From Macrostomum lignano (taxonomy: Eukaryota): a stretch of 64,000 nt of DNA. Position numbers and translations under genes: made by a program. A model generated the notes under the pieces. It did no database searches, was not told where the DNA came from, and was given only the letters and a program-made list of their open reading frames with translations. Below, one piece after another: positions 52,035 through 64,000 of the stretch (positions are counted from its first letter, which is position 1; the number at the start of each line of letters is the position of its first letter). Location: contig NIVC01001639.1 in the NCBI GenBank assembly GCA_002269645.1, positions 1-64,000 on the forward strand, in the 5' to 3' direction.

Positions 52035-55000
52035 ATGGCTGCTGAAGCTACCAAGCCAGTTCGGATTTTCGTCAATCATGTTGACGAATATCAGGGATAC
52101 CATATTTCAAAGGTGAGTTTATATTTCTGTTTTGATAAGAGACAGAAAACTATTATTCAAGTTATTTGTATGCTAATTACAGTTGTTTTGATGGTAGAGG
52201 TCATAGATATATTGATTTATTAAAAATGTGATTTTATTATATAATAATAAAATACTAAAATAAATCTTCAGTCTAGCAGTCTTTAAAAAACATCCTAGAT
52301 AATCTATATTAGATTAAATAAATTTTAAGCTTGTTTTATAAAAAGTTCATTACGATTTATGAGCACAATTTAAGTTGACTACTTGATTCCACCTAATAAA
52401 GAGCAGAAATTATTATTTGCTCACTTTTATAATTTCGGTCCAGAAACTAACCTAGAAGTTTAACTCGAAATTTCGCTCTTTTTAATGATTCCATTGCAGA
52501 ACTGAAAAAGTAAATTTATATTACTATCATTTGACTTTCAGTACCTTTCACAATGCGCCGTTGGTGCTACTCTTGAAGACAACGAAGAAGAAGAGGAAGA
52601 GGCCGGATCTGTCCTCAGCGGAGACTTCCCAGTGAAGCCAAAGGAAGGCTGCTATGAAATCCATGGCACTTTGAAAAAGACAGGGGCCAAGCAGCCAGAG
52701 TTCGTGAAGGAGATCCTCAGCGTAAGCTTCTTATTCATTTGGGGTTTTATTCTGATTAGTCTGCAATACTGATGAAGATTTGACCGAATACCATAAATGT
52801 TGCTTTTCTAGTACGACACCAGGGAGCAGATGTACGAACATCTGGTCGAGTGCGACGTTATTGTATACGACATCACCCAAGATCCGGACCAAATTGAAGA
52901 GGCGATGTGGGCTCTCACCGAGCTGCATCAAGACATTGAGAAGCTGGAGTCTCAGAAGGTTTTCATCCTCCTGTCCACCGTGATGACGTGGGCTAAGAGC
53001 AAACCGGCTGATGAGGTGAGCCTTATGTGCAACTAGTACTTAATAATGCTTTTCGTACATCCGTCGAAATCCGAAACCGCATTTGCAGGAGGATCTCGAG
53101 AGTCCGCTGACCGAGGAGGACTATCGCAAACGGAAGCCGCACCAGAACTACAAGGAGCATCTGGCGGCGGAGAAGGCCGCAGTCAAGTATGGAAAAACGG
53201 TGAGCTGCCCAGCCGTATTCTACCACGTGTCTGTACGCAAAATACACGTGTACCAAGATAGGATATGGTATTAGTACATGTACACCTGTGTCTGTCTGAG
53301 CGCTGTGCTAATTAGGGTCACGTTATCAGTACACATTTGAACACAAGTACATACCCTGTACCAATCGGTCCTCAGTTAAATTAATAATCCAACTAACCAC
53401 CTCACTCCCATTCGCAGAAGAAGAGCAGGCTCACAACTTACATTGTGGCCAGCGGTCTGACCTACGGCTGCGGAGAGAACATCTTCCACAGCTTCTTCAA
53501 GGCCGCCTGGCACAACGCCTTCACTCTGCCAGTTTACGGAAATGGTCAGAATGTTCTGCCCATGATTCACATCCGTGATCTGGCCGCGGTGTTGCAGAAC
53601 ATCGCCGACAGCAAGCCGAAGGTGAAATATCTGGTGGCGGTTGACGACTCGCAGAACATGCTGGATGAAGTTGTCAAAGCAGTGTCTGTCGGCCTCTGCA
53701 CTGGCAAGATTCGCACGGTGACAAAGGAGGAGGCCGCCCTATCTAAGGACATCGATGTGAGTGACGGGAATGAATGTTAAATCCTCATTGACTCCAATCT
53801 CAACTAAAGCCATCGACTAATCTCATTTTGAAGTGCTGGACCAGTCGACTCAAAACGCTGAGACATCCTATCCACGTCCCTCCCTTGGGTTTCCGTGGAA
53901 ATCATGGGATAAACTGAGGAAAATGACAATTAGAAACTGTGGAATAGAACCAAAAAGTTTCGTAGTTCCTCAGGGTCGCACACGATCGGACAGAATCGCA
54001 GCAGGAATGGCTCGGAATTTTCCAGTTTGGCTTCTGTCGTGCTCACAAAACAGTCTGAAAGGACCGGGTTTTCTGTGTCTAAAATTCAACGATTTGCACT
54101 TTTACCATTGTTGCTCGTAAGTGTCTCAAGTGGACAGCTTTTCCCTCGAAACACTTTCAATAAAAGTGCGCTGTCAGATCCTATAGAAACAGCATCACAG
54201 GGCGCGTCTCTGCGCTTGGGCGCGAACATCGTAGTCGACAAAACGCCAAGTGCGCAGTCTGTCACCGCCGGTATGATGCTTGCAGCGTAAGCAGCAGCAC
54301 CTCCTGCAGGCTGGCGCGGTGAGCTCGTATACAGTGCCGCGTTGGTGCCTCGCTCGTTGCTGGTCTTGAAGGCGGTGCGTAGCACGCACGCCGGGTCAAA
54401 TTGCTGTTTTGAGCGAGTCCGTCAGCGTCCAGGTCTCAGCGTCCAGGTCGCAGGATGGTCTCGACCACCGCCTTCTGGTTGTCACTTAGGGCCTGGGGCG
54501 GAAACCATTTAGCATCACTGCACGAACTGTTTTACTGTTTTCTGGATGGAATCCCTCCGCGTTTCTTGTCGACTGGTACCGAAAGTCGGTCTGGTTAGCA
54601 TCTTGGCTCGGGCTCCGTTCCACTGCTTATGTTGACGTCCCCCTTTTTGATCCCGCACAATGCCCGCGCCCGCCCCGCAGCAAGCCACGCTGGACCAGCT
54701 GATGCTCTCACTGCGTCTTGACGCCATCTACGTGAAGGAGAACTTCAAGATTAACTGGGCCTGCGAAACGGGCATCGTGGAGAACATCGACCAGATCATC
54801 AAGGAGTACAAAAAGGAGCGCGGACTCCAGCCGATCAAGGCGTGCATCCTCGGCCCGCCCGCCTCTGGCAAGTCGGTAATTGTGAAGCAGCTCTGCGACT
54901 TCTACAAGCTGCATCACATCCGGGCTAAGGACGTCATCACGGAGGCCATCGCCAATCTGGTGAGTGCAAGAATTTTCGGCTTTGGTCAGGCTTGTCAGGG

Positions 55001-58000
55001 CCTTACACGTGTTTTTAAGAGCTCAACTTGGCTGACTCTTGCGGCTTTTAATAACCGATTTTTTTTATTCTCAACTCCAGCAACGCAGCGCCGCTCGCGC
55101 CGACGCCGAAGAGGAGGACGACGACGGCAAGGCTGCGGAAGACGCCGAGACGCTCGAGCAGGTCAACGAGAACATGGCCGAGAATAACGACCGATTGGAT
55201 GACAGCTTCGTGATCAGGTATGCGGTCCTGGGAGTCAGTCAGTCAGTTACGAGCTGGTTAGTTGGTTAGTTAGTTAGTTAGTTGCAAATAATTCTCCTCT
55301 CAAATTATTTGCATGGCGCAGGTTCTTCCGAGAGAAGCTGGCCTCCAAGGCGTGCCAGAATCAGGGCTTCATCTTGGACGGCTTCCCGAAGACGAAGCAG
55401 CAGGCTGAGGATCTGTTTGCGCGTGAGTTCAACAGTTCAACTGGAGCGACATTCCGTTTCATACTACTAACTTGATATTTAAGTAGCATGAGATGAGCAT
55501 GATGTGAAATAGCTATATTTCAGATGATAGATGATGAAAAAGTATATTAACTGGCAGTATAAGTGGCATATCCCTGCTACGAGCGTAACCTAGGAAACAG
55601 ATGATAAATTAGAATACCAGAGATAGATTCTGCCATGGACTACTGAAGATGACACCTGGGCGGAAGAGATTTTTGCCAATAATTAATTTACTAATTGGCC
55701 TAAAATAAAAATGTTTTCGATTAGAATAGATCAGATAAGACAGTTATACCATATTTAAAGGGCTTAAATCTAAGGAGCAAAAGTACAAACCGCATGTCGT
55801 AAGCGCGTAACGCCGCTTCTGTCCAGGATTTGAGGCAGTGGCGCCATTCTTTTTACGACTCAAACAGAGAGCAACAATTTTTATTGCCCTAACAAAGAGA
55901 TCAAGCAGAACGACTTGCTTTTTTTGCACTTCCGGACTGTTCTGCTCTGAGAATTCACTGTTGCCTCAATATTGCAGGCCTCTAATCAGCAGATTAGTCT
56001 CTTTGATTTATTGGTTTAAGAGGCAGTTCGAACTTACAAAAACTTAAAATTAAGTTTACGAACTTAAAAATTGAGGATTTCTCAAAGAATTCTTGTCTAC
56101 CGGTGGTTAGGCATCTTGACTGAGGAGCCGCTATAGATATCAGATCTATAGATATCAGATCTATAGGCTGAGGAGTCGCTATAGATATCAGATCTATAGA
56201 TATCAGATCTATAGACTGAGGAGTCGCTATAGATATCAGATCTATAGATATCAGATCTATAGACTGAGGAGTCGCTATAGATATCAGATCTATAAACTGA
56301 GGAGTCGCTATAGATCTAGATCTATAGATATCAGATCTATAAACTGAGGAGTCGCTATAGATCTAGATCTATAGATATCAGATCTATAGACTGAGGAGTC
56401 GCTATAGATATCAGATCTATAAACTGAGGAGTCGCTATAGATATCAGATCTATAGATATCAGATCTATAGACTGAGGAGTCGCTATAGATATCAGATCTA
56501 TAAACTGAGGAGTCGCTTTAGATCTAGATCTATAGATATCAGATCTATAAACTGAGGAGTCGCTATAGATATCAGATCTATAAACTGAGGAGTCGCTATA
56601 GATCTAGATCTATAGATATCAGATCTATAAACTGAGGAGTCGCTATAGATCTAGATCTATAGATATCAGATCTATAGACTGAGGAGTCGCTATAGATATC
56701 AGATCTATAAACTGAGGAGCCGCTATAGATCTAGATCTATAGATATCAGATCTATAGACTGAGGAGTCGCTATAGATATCAGATCTATAAACTGAGGAGT
56801 CGCTATAGATCTAGATCTATAGATATCAGATCTATAAACTGAGGAGTCGCTATAGATCTAGATCTATAGATATCAGATCTATAGACTGAGGAGTCGCTAT
56901 AGATATCAGATCTATAAACTGAGGAGTCGCTATAGATATCAGATCTAGAGACTGAGGAGTCGCTATAGATATCAGATCTATAAACTGAGGAGTCGCTATA
57001 GATATCAGATCTATAAACTGAGGAGTCGCTATAGATATCAGATCTATAAACTGAGGAGTCGCTATAGATATCAGATCTATAAACTGAGGAGTCGCTATAG
57101 ATATCAGATCTATAAACTGAGGAGTCGCTATAGATATCAGATCTATAAACTGAGGAGTCGCTATAGATATCAGATCTATAAACTGAGGAGCCGCTATAGA
57201 TCTAGATCTATAGATATCAGATCTATAGACTGAGGAGTCGCTATAGATATCAGATCTATAAACTGAGGAGCCGCTATAGATCTAGATCTATAGATATCAG
57301 ATCTATAGACTGAGGAGTCGCTATAGATATCAGATCTATAAACTGAGGAGTCGCTATAGATCTAGATCTATAGATATCAGATCTATAAACTGAGGAGTCG
57401 CTATAGATCTAGATCTATAGATATCAGATCTATAGACTGAGGAGTCGCTATAGATATCAGATCTATAAACTGAGGAGTTGCTATAGATATCAGATCTATA
57501 AACTGAGGAGTCGCTATAGATATCAGATCTATAAACTGAGGAGTCGCTATAGATATCAGATCTATAAACTGAGGAGTCGCTATAGATATCAGATCTATAT
57601 ACTGAGGAGTCGCTATAGATATCAGATCTATAGACTGAGGAGTCGCTATAGATATCAGATCTATAAACTGAGGAGTCGCTATAGATATCAGATCTATAAA
57701 CTGAGGAGTCGCTATAGATATCAGATCTATAAACTGAGGAGTCGCTATAGATATCAGATCTATAAACTGAGGAGTCGCTATAGATATCAGATCTAGAGAC
57801 TGAGGAGTCGCTATAGATATCAGATCTATATACTGAGGAGTCGCTATAGATATCAGATCTATAAACTGAGGAGTCGCTATAGATATCAGATCTATAAACT
57901 GAGGAGTCGCTATAGATATCAGATCTATAAACTGAGGAGTCGCTATAGATATCAGATCTATAAACTGAGGGAGTCGCTATAGATATCAGATCTAGAGACT

Positions 58001-59915
58001 GAGGAGTCGCTATAGATATCAGATCTATAAACTGAGGAGTCGCTATAGATATCAGATCTATAAACTGAGGGAGTCGCTATAGATATCAGATCTAGAGACT
58101 GAGGAGTCGCTATAGATATCAGATCTATAAACTGAGGAGTCGCTATAGATATCAGATCTATAAACTGAGGAGTCGCTATAGATATCAGATCTATATACTG
58201 AGGAGTCGCTATAGATATCAGATCTATATACTGAGGAGTCGCTATAGATATCAGATCTATAAACTGAGGAGTCGCTATAGATATCAGATCTATAAACTGA
58301 GGAGTCGCTATAGATATCAGATCTATATACTGAGGAGTCGCTATAGATATTAGATCTATAAACTGAGGAGTCGCTATAGATATCAGATCTATAAACTGAG
58401 GAGTCGCTATAGATATCAGATCTAGAGACTGAGGAGTCGCTATAGATATCAGATCTAGAGACCTAGGAGTCGCTATAGATATCAGATCTAGAGACTGAGG
58501 AGTCGCTATAGATATCAGATCTAGAGACTGAGGAGTCACCTCCAACTCCACCAATTTCAACAGCCGATGAAGACGATGAAGAGGAAGGCGAGGACGGCGG
58601 CGGCCCCTTCAACAAGCGGCTGATGCCCGACCAGCTGTTCGTGCTGGAAGCCGGCGACGATTTCCTGAAGCGGCGAGTTATGCAGCTCCCCGAAGCTGTG
58701 GTGGCCGGGACGCACAACACCGAGGAGGGCCTGCTTCGCCGACTGAGCGAGTACCGAGCCATCAACACCGAGGACGACTCCGTGGTGATGTACTTCGACG
58801 AGAAGGAAATTCATCCGGACGTATTCGACGTTTCCAAGGACGATTCGACGATGCACGCCGCCCTGGTTGAGCGAATCAAGAAGGCCATCGGCAAGCCGAG
58901 AAACTACGGCCTGACGCCGGAGGAGCAGGAGGAGATTCGGCGGCGGGAGGAGACCGAGCGGCTGGAGAACGAGAAGCGAGAGCGGGACGAGCGGGAGAGG
59001 CGCGAGAGGCAGGAGGCGGACGAGAGGAAGCGGTGCCAGGAGGAGTGGGTGAGTAGCGGGACTCGGTGCTCAATGGAGTGGCTGAGTAGCGGGACTCGGT
59101 GCTCAATGAAGTGGCTGAGTAGCGGGACTCGGTGCTCAATGGAGTGGCTGAGTAGCGGGACTCGGTGCTTAATGGAGTGGCTGAGTAGCGGGACTCGGTG
59201 CTCAATGGAGTGGGTGAGTAGCGGGACTCGGTGCTCAATGTAGTGGCTGAGTTGCTCGGGTTGGCCACAGACTGGTCTTCAGCCACTCCTGCATCCGCAA
59301 TCAAATTAGCATAGAACAATCCTGCAGCACTACTCACTCGTGTTTCCCCTAGAAGCAGCAACGCAGCCCTGACAATTCTCAAACTCAAACAAACCACCAA
59401 CAGGCTGCCAGACTTGAGGAGGTGAAGCGCGAGGAGCACGAGCTGCTGGAGATCCGCAGCGAGCCTCTGCGCAACTACCTGATGAAGCACGTGATGCCCA
59501 ACCTCACCAAGGGCCTCATGGAGTGCGCCAAGGTTCGCCCAGACGACGCCATAGACTATCTGGTGAGTCAACTGGGGTAGAAAATCCCATTTGTCTCGAA
59601 TAGGAGAAAATGGGGAGTCCATTTTTCCCATCGATTTTTCCCTTTCCGTCTTCTTCCCCAGCTACTGCTCTCAGGACACTTAAAGAGCATGTGTTTTGAG
59701 CGAATGGGAATTGCCACAAGGCCGCACAGTTACTCCCAATGTTCCCAGTCATATAAACTCATTCCCTCATTTCCCTCCCGAGCTCATGCAAGGCGGAAGC
59801 GCCCTGATTTATCCACTTTTTCCCTTGCCCAAAATCCGTAATCCCAAATCCAAACCAACCGTTTGCACTTTTCCAGGCCGAGTACTTGTTTAGGAACAAC
59901 CCGCAAGTCGACTGA
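52035..59915 (+). CDS. AK7: Adenylate kinase 7 (ciliary; NAD-binding-like N-terminus, AK domain, coiled coil, DPY-30 domain), 11 exons
   Basis: Exons 52035-52112, 52542-52721, 52812-53015, 53089-53199, 53418-53756, 54681-54959, 55081-55217, 55322-55422, 58564-59048, 59404-59562 and 59877-59915. Motifs [20 protein letters not shown]-loop [20 protein letters not shown] and [30 protein letters not shown]. Confidence 0.96.
54300..54480 (-). mobile_element. Degenerate RTE-like LINE fragment in an AK7 intron
   Basis: [34 protein letters not shown], the same family as 22990-23295. Confidence 0.75.
56120..58538. repeat. 33/47-bp palindrome-rich minisatellite filling AK7 intron 8
   Basis: Unit CTGAGGAGTCGCTATAGATATCAGATCTATAAA, plus variants carrying a 14-bp internal duplication. 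Confidence 0.97.
59042..59250. repeat. 33-bp tandem repeat spanning the AK7 exon 9 donor site, about 6 units
   Basis: Unit GGAGTGG[G/C]TGAGTAGCGGGACTCGGTGCTCAAT. Confidence 0.95.
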
Positions 59916-60399
59916 TGAAGCACTGCAGGGCCACGGAAGCTGGACGCAAATTTTTCTCTGCACTTTTTGTTGCTTCGCTCCTGACGCGAACTCCGCTGTG
60001 TTTTCTGTACTAATTTATTAACCACCAGAAATTGCCCTCCGTTGACTTGCAGCCCGGGAATTGATGGCATGCTCGTACATTATTTATTATCTGTTGGACT
60101 TTTTCCCTCCCACTTGGGACGAGACCTGGCCCTCCTACCCTACAGCATGTAAGCCGACACTTACTGACTAAAATTAAATTACTCCCATTCACCAACATTC
60201 TATGAATATAGTCTCCCTTTGTATCTTTGAAATAGCGTATACTATAGCGTATTGATTTAATTGAATAAATGCACAGAATAAAAATGACTTCTCTGGCTAC
60301 AGACGTTTGCTACGATTTTTCGATAAACGAGACATTCTCGACAAAACAGAAATTTGCAATCAGAGGGGGAAATCAACTAATTCAATAAATTTAATGGCA

Positions 60400-61650
60400 A
60401 ATTGGTGGGGCTGGCTCTAAAGATCGTGTGTACATTGTTGGGGTTGGTCCCAAGGATCGTGTGTACATTGGTGGGGTTGGTCCCAAGGATCGTGTGTACA
60501 TTGGTGGGGTTGGTCCCAAGGATCGTGTGTACATTGGTGGGGTTGGTCCCAAGGATCGTGTGTACATTGGTGGGGTTGGTCCCAAGGATCGTGTGTACAT
60601 TGGTGGGGTTGGTCCCAAGGATCGTGTGTACATTTGTGGGGTTGGTCCCAAGGATCGTGTGTACATTGGTGGGGTTGGTCCCAAGGATCGTGTGTACATT
60701 TGTGGGGTTGGTCCCAAGGATCGTGTGTACATTGGTGGGGCTGGCTCTAAAGATCGTGTGTTCATTGTTGGGGTTGGTCCCAAGGATCGTGTGTACATTA
60801 GTGGGGTTGGTCCCAAGGATCGTGTGTACATTGGTGGGGTTGGTCCCAAGGAACGTGTGTACATTTGTGGGATTGGTCCCAAGGATCGTGTGTACATTGG
60901 TGGGGTTGGTCCCAAGGATCGTGTGTACATTGGTGGGGTTGGTCCCAAGGATCGTGTGTACATTGGTGGGGTTGGTCCCAAGGATCGTGTGTACATTTGT
61001 GGGGTTGGTCCCAAGGATCGTGTGTACATTGGTGGGGTTGGCTCCAAGGATCGTGTGTACATTGGTGGGGTTGGTCCCAAGGATCGTGTGTACATTGTTG
61101 GGGTTGGTCCCAAAGATCGTGTGTACATTTGTGGGGTTGGTCCCAAGGATCGTGTGTACATTGGTGGGGTTGGTCCCAAGGATCGTGTGTACATTTGTGG
61201 GGTTGGTCCCAAGGATCGTGTGTACATTGGTGGGGTTGGTCCCAAGTATTGTGTGTACATTGGTGGGGTTGGTCCCAAGGATCTTGTGTACATTAGTGGG
61301 CTTGGTCCCAAGGATCGTGTGTACATTGGTGGGGTTGGTCCCAAGGATCGTGTGTACATTGGTGGGGTAGGTCCCAAGTATTGTATGTACATTGGTGGGC
61401 TTGGCTCCAAGTATTGTGTGTACATTGGTGGGCTTGGTCCCAAGGATCGTGTGTACATTGGTGGGGTTGGCTCCAAGTATCGTGTGTACATTGGTGGGCT
61501 TGGCTCCAAGTATTGTGTGTACATTGGTGGGCTTGGCTCCAAGTATTGTGTGTACATTGGTGGGCTTGGTCCCAAGGATCGTGTGTACATTGGTGGGGTT
61601 GGCTCCAAGTATTGTGTGTAAATTGGTGGGGTTGGCTCCAAGTATTGTGT
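60400..61650. repeat. 33-bp minisatellite (GGTTGGTCCCAAGGATCGTGTGTACATTGGTGG)
   Basis: Direct periodicity. Confidence 0.97.
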
Positions 61651-62464
61651 GTACGTGTGGTGTTTTACAGAGTTAAATAAATCACGCAAGAGAATTTATT
61701 AAATATTTTTCTCTCAACACAGAATTATGTTAATATATATTTTGATAAGAACTCCAAAATTAATTAGGCGATTTTGTTGACAGATTTATTGCACGACCCA
61801 GACAATTTCGAATTTTTAAGAGAATTACGATCAGATCCCATACAGCACTAAATACTTCCGCATGCCTCTCTCAACTGTTTAAGCTAAAAAGCAGGGGTCA
61901 CAAATTAGCAAAGCTCTCTAGCAAACTGTGACTAAATATTCGGGTAAAAGCATCTGGGAAGAACGGTTTTGAAGACACGGTGAGAAAGAGAAAGATGGAG
62001 AGAGCTGGCTACGCACAATGACCACTGTTAGACTAAGCACGGAACCGATTCAAATCTAATGGGGATCATAGTCGAAGGCTTTTATAGTTAGTTAAGTTTC
62101 CGACTATTCTTAAAACCTTAAACAGATTCCCAGAGATTTGCAGTGGATCTTGGCTATACGTACATTTTGGCGCTTGACTAATATTATGATTATTATGAAT
62201 ATTATGAGAATTTGATGACGCAACAGAATAAACATCAATCTTTCATTGGACGATGTAAAGGGCGCGAATAGGCGGTGCAGTTCAAGTGTGAATCTGCTAC
62301 GCGATGGTCGAGAGACTGTGCAATGCACTGTTATAATTTACACAATCTATACATGCAAGAGTATGCCGTAGCTTCTAAAAAATAGCGACCGCCGAAAAGG
62401 GCTAAAAGTACAAATTAAAAAATGGCAATTATATTTGCTTATGAGTAATGAAGAGCTTGAGGCG

Positions 62465-64000
62465 GGTATGGTCCAGTGTACATTAGAGTTAGGTGGGATT
62501 GGCCAAATGGTCCAGTGTACATTAGAGTTAGGTGGGATTGGCCAAATGGTCCAGTGTACATTGGAGTGACGTGGGGTTGCCAAATGGTCCAGTGTACATT
62601 GGAGTGACGTGGGGTTGCCAAATGGTCCAGTGTACATTGGAGCGAAGCAGGGTTGCCAAATGGTCCAGTGTACATTGGAGCGAAGCAGGGTTGGCCAATG
62701 GTCCAGTGTACATTGGAGCAAAGCAGGGTTGGTCAATGGTCCAGTGTACATTGGAGCGAAGCAGGGTTGGTCAATGGTCCAGTGTACATTCGATTGAGGT
62801 GGGGTTGACCAATGGTCAAGTGTACATTGGCGTGAGGGTGGGTTGGTCAATGGTCAAGTATACATTGGCGTGAGGTGGGGTTGGCCAATGGTCCAGTGTA
62901 CATTGGCGTGAGGTGGGGTTGGTCAATGGTCAAGTGTACATTGAAGCGAAGCAGGGTTGGCCAATGGTCCAGTGTACATTGGCGTGAGGTGGGGTTGGTC
63001 AATGGTCAAGTGTACATTGAAGTGACGTGGGGTTTCCAAATGGTCCAGTGTACATTGGAGCGAAGCAGGGTTGGCCAATGGTCCAGTTTATATTGGAGCG
63101 AAGCAGGGTTGGCCAATGGTACAGTGTACATTGGAGCGAAGCAGGGTTTGCCAATGGTCCAGTGTACATTGGAGCGAAGCAGGGTTTGCCAATGGTCCAG
63201 TGTACATTGGAGCGAAGCAGGGTTGACCAATGGTCCAGTGTACATTGGCGTGGATGGGGTTGGTCAATGGTCCAGTGTACATTCGATTGAGGTGGGGTTG
63301 GCCAATGGTCAAGTGTACATTGGCGTGAGGTGGGGTTGGCCAATGGTCCAGTGTACATTGGCGTGAGGTGGGGTTGGTCAATGGTCAAGTGTACATTGAA
63401 GCGAAGCAGGGTTGGCCAATGGTCCAGTGTACATTGGCGTGAGGTGGGGTTGGTCAATGGTCAAGTGTACATTGAAGTGACGTGGGGTTTCCAAATGGTC
63501 CAGTGTACATTGGAGCGAAGCAGGGTTGGCCAATGGTCCAGTTTATATTGGAGCGAAGCAGGGTTGGCCAATGGTACAGTGTACATTGGAGCGAAGCAGG
63601 GTTTGCCAATGGTCCAGTGTACATTGGAGCGAAGCAGGGTTTGCCAATGGTCCAGTGTACATTGGAGCGAAGCAGGGTTGACCAATGGTCCAGTGTACAT
63701 TGGCGTGGATGGGGTTGGTCAATGGTCCAGTGTACATTCGATTGAGGTGGGGTTGGCCAATGGTCAAGTGTACATTGGCGTGAGGTGGGGTTGGTCAATG
63801 GTCCAGTGTACATTGGAGTGAGGTGGGGTTGGCCAATGGTCCAGTGTACATTCGATTGAGGTGGGGTTGGCCAATGGTCAAGTGTACATTGGCGTGAGGT
63901 GGGGTTGGTCAATGGTCAAGTGTACATTGGAGTGAGGTGGGGTTGGCCAATGGTCCAGTGTACATTTGGAGTGAGGTGGGGTTGGCCAATGCTCCAGTGT
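62465..64000. repeat. About 38-bp minisatellite (GGTCCAGTGTACATTGG..GGGTTGGCCAAT) with a 455-bp higher-order repeat; runs off the window end
   Basis: Direct periodicity; near-identical ORFs start at 62875 and 63330. Confidence 0.96.

Noticed and set aside
56120-58538. CTGAGGAGTC in each unit as a hammerhead core
   Set aside because: No GAAA follows the potential stem II, so the core is incomplete.

Overview
Eukaryotic (animal) genomic DNA with GT-AG introns and GC-richer exons in AT-rich or repeat-filled introns. The style suggests a free-living flatworm such as Macrostomum lignano, but that is inference only. I reconstructed eight protein-coding genes by hand from splice sites and reading-frame phase: NPC1-like (+), two tandem divergent Cys-loop (nAChR-like) channel subunits (-), a prohormone-4-like LDLa protein (-), a thioredoxin-thioredoxin-ERp29c PDI-D protein ending in KEEL (+), mevalonate diphosphate decarboxylase (-), Rab1 (-) and adenylate kinase 7 (+). 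Mobile DNA includes a dead Penelope-like element with an adjacent antisense minimal hammerhead ribozyme core, a tRNA-derived SINE family (one full copy with a 15-bp TSD), RTE-like LINE fragments and a possible Crypton remnant. About two dozen micro- and minisatellite arrays fill many introns and explain most of the long repetitive ORFs in the track. The most notable observations: (1) the two channel paralogs share a ~96% identical pore exon while their ligand-binding exons are highly divergent and lack key ACh-binding residues; (2) two related 17-mer satellite arrays lie in inverted orientation on either side of the in-frame LDLa exon of the prohormone-4-like gene; (3) some minisatellites arose from a SINE hairpin or from an exon-intron junction. 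There is no CRISPR array, rRNA or intact tRNA.
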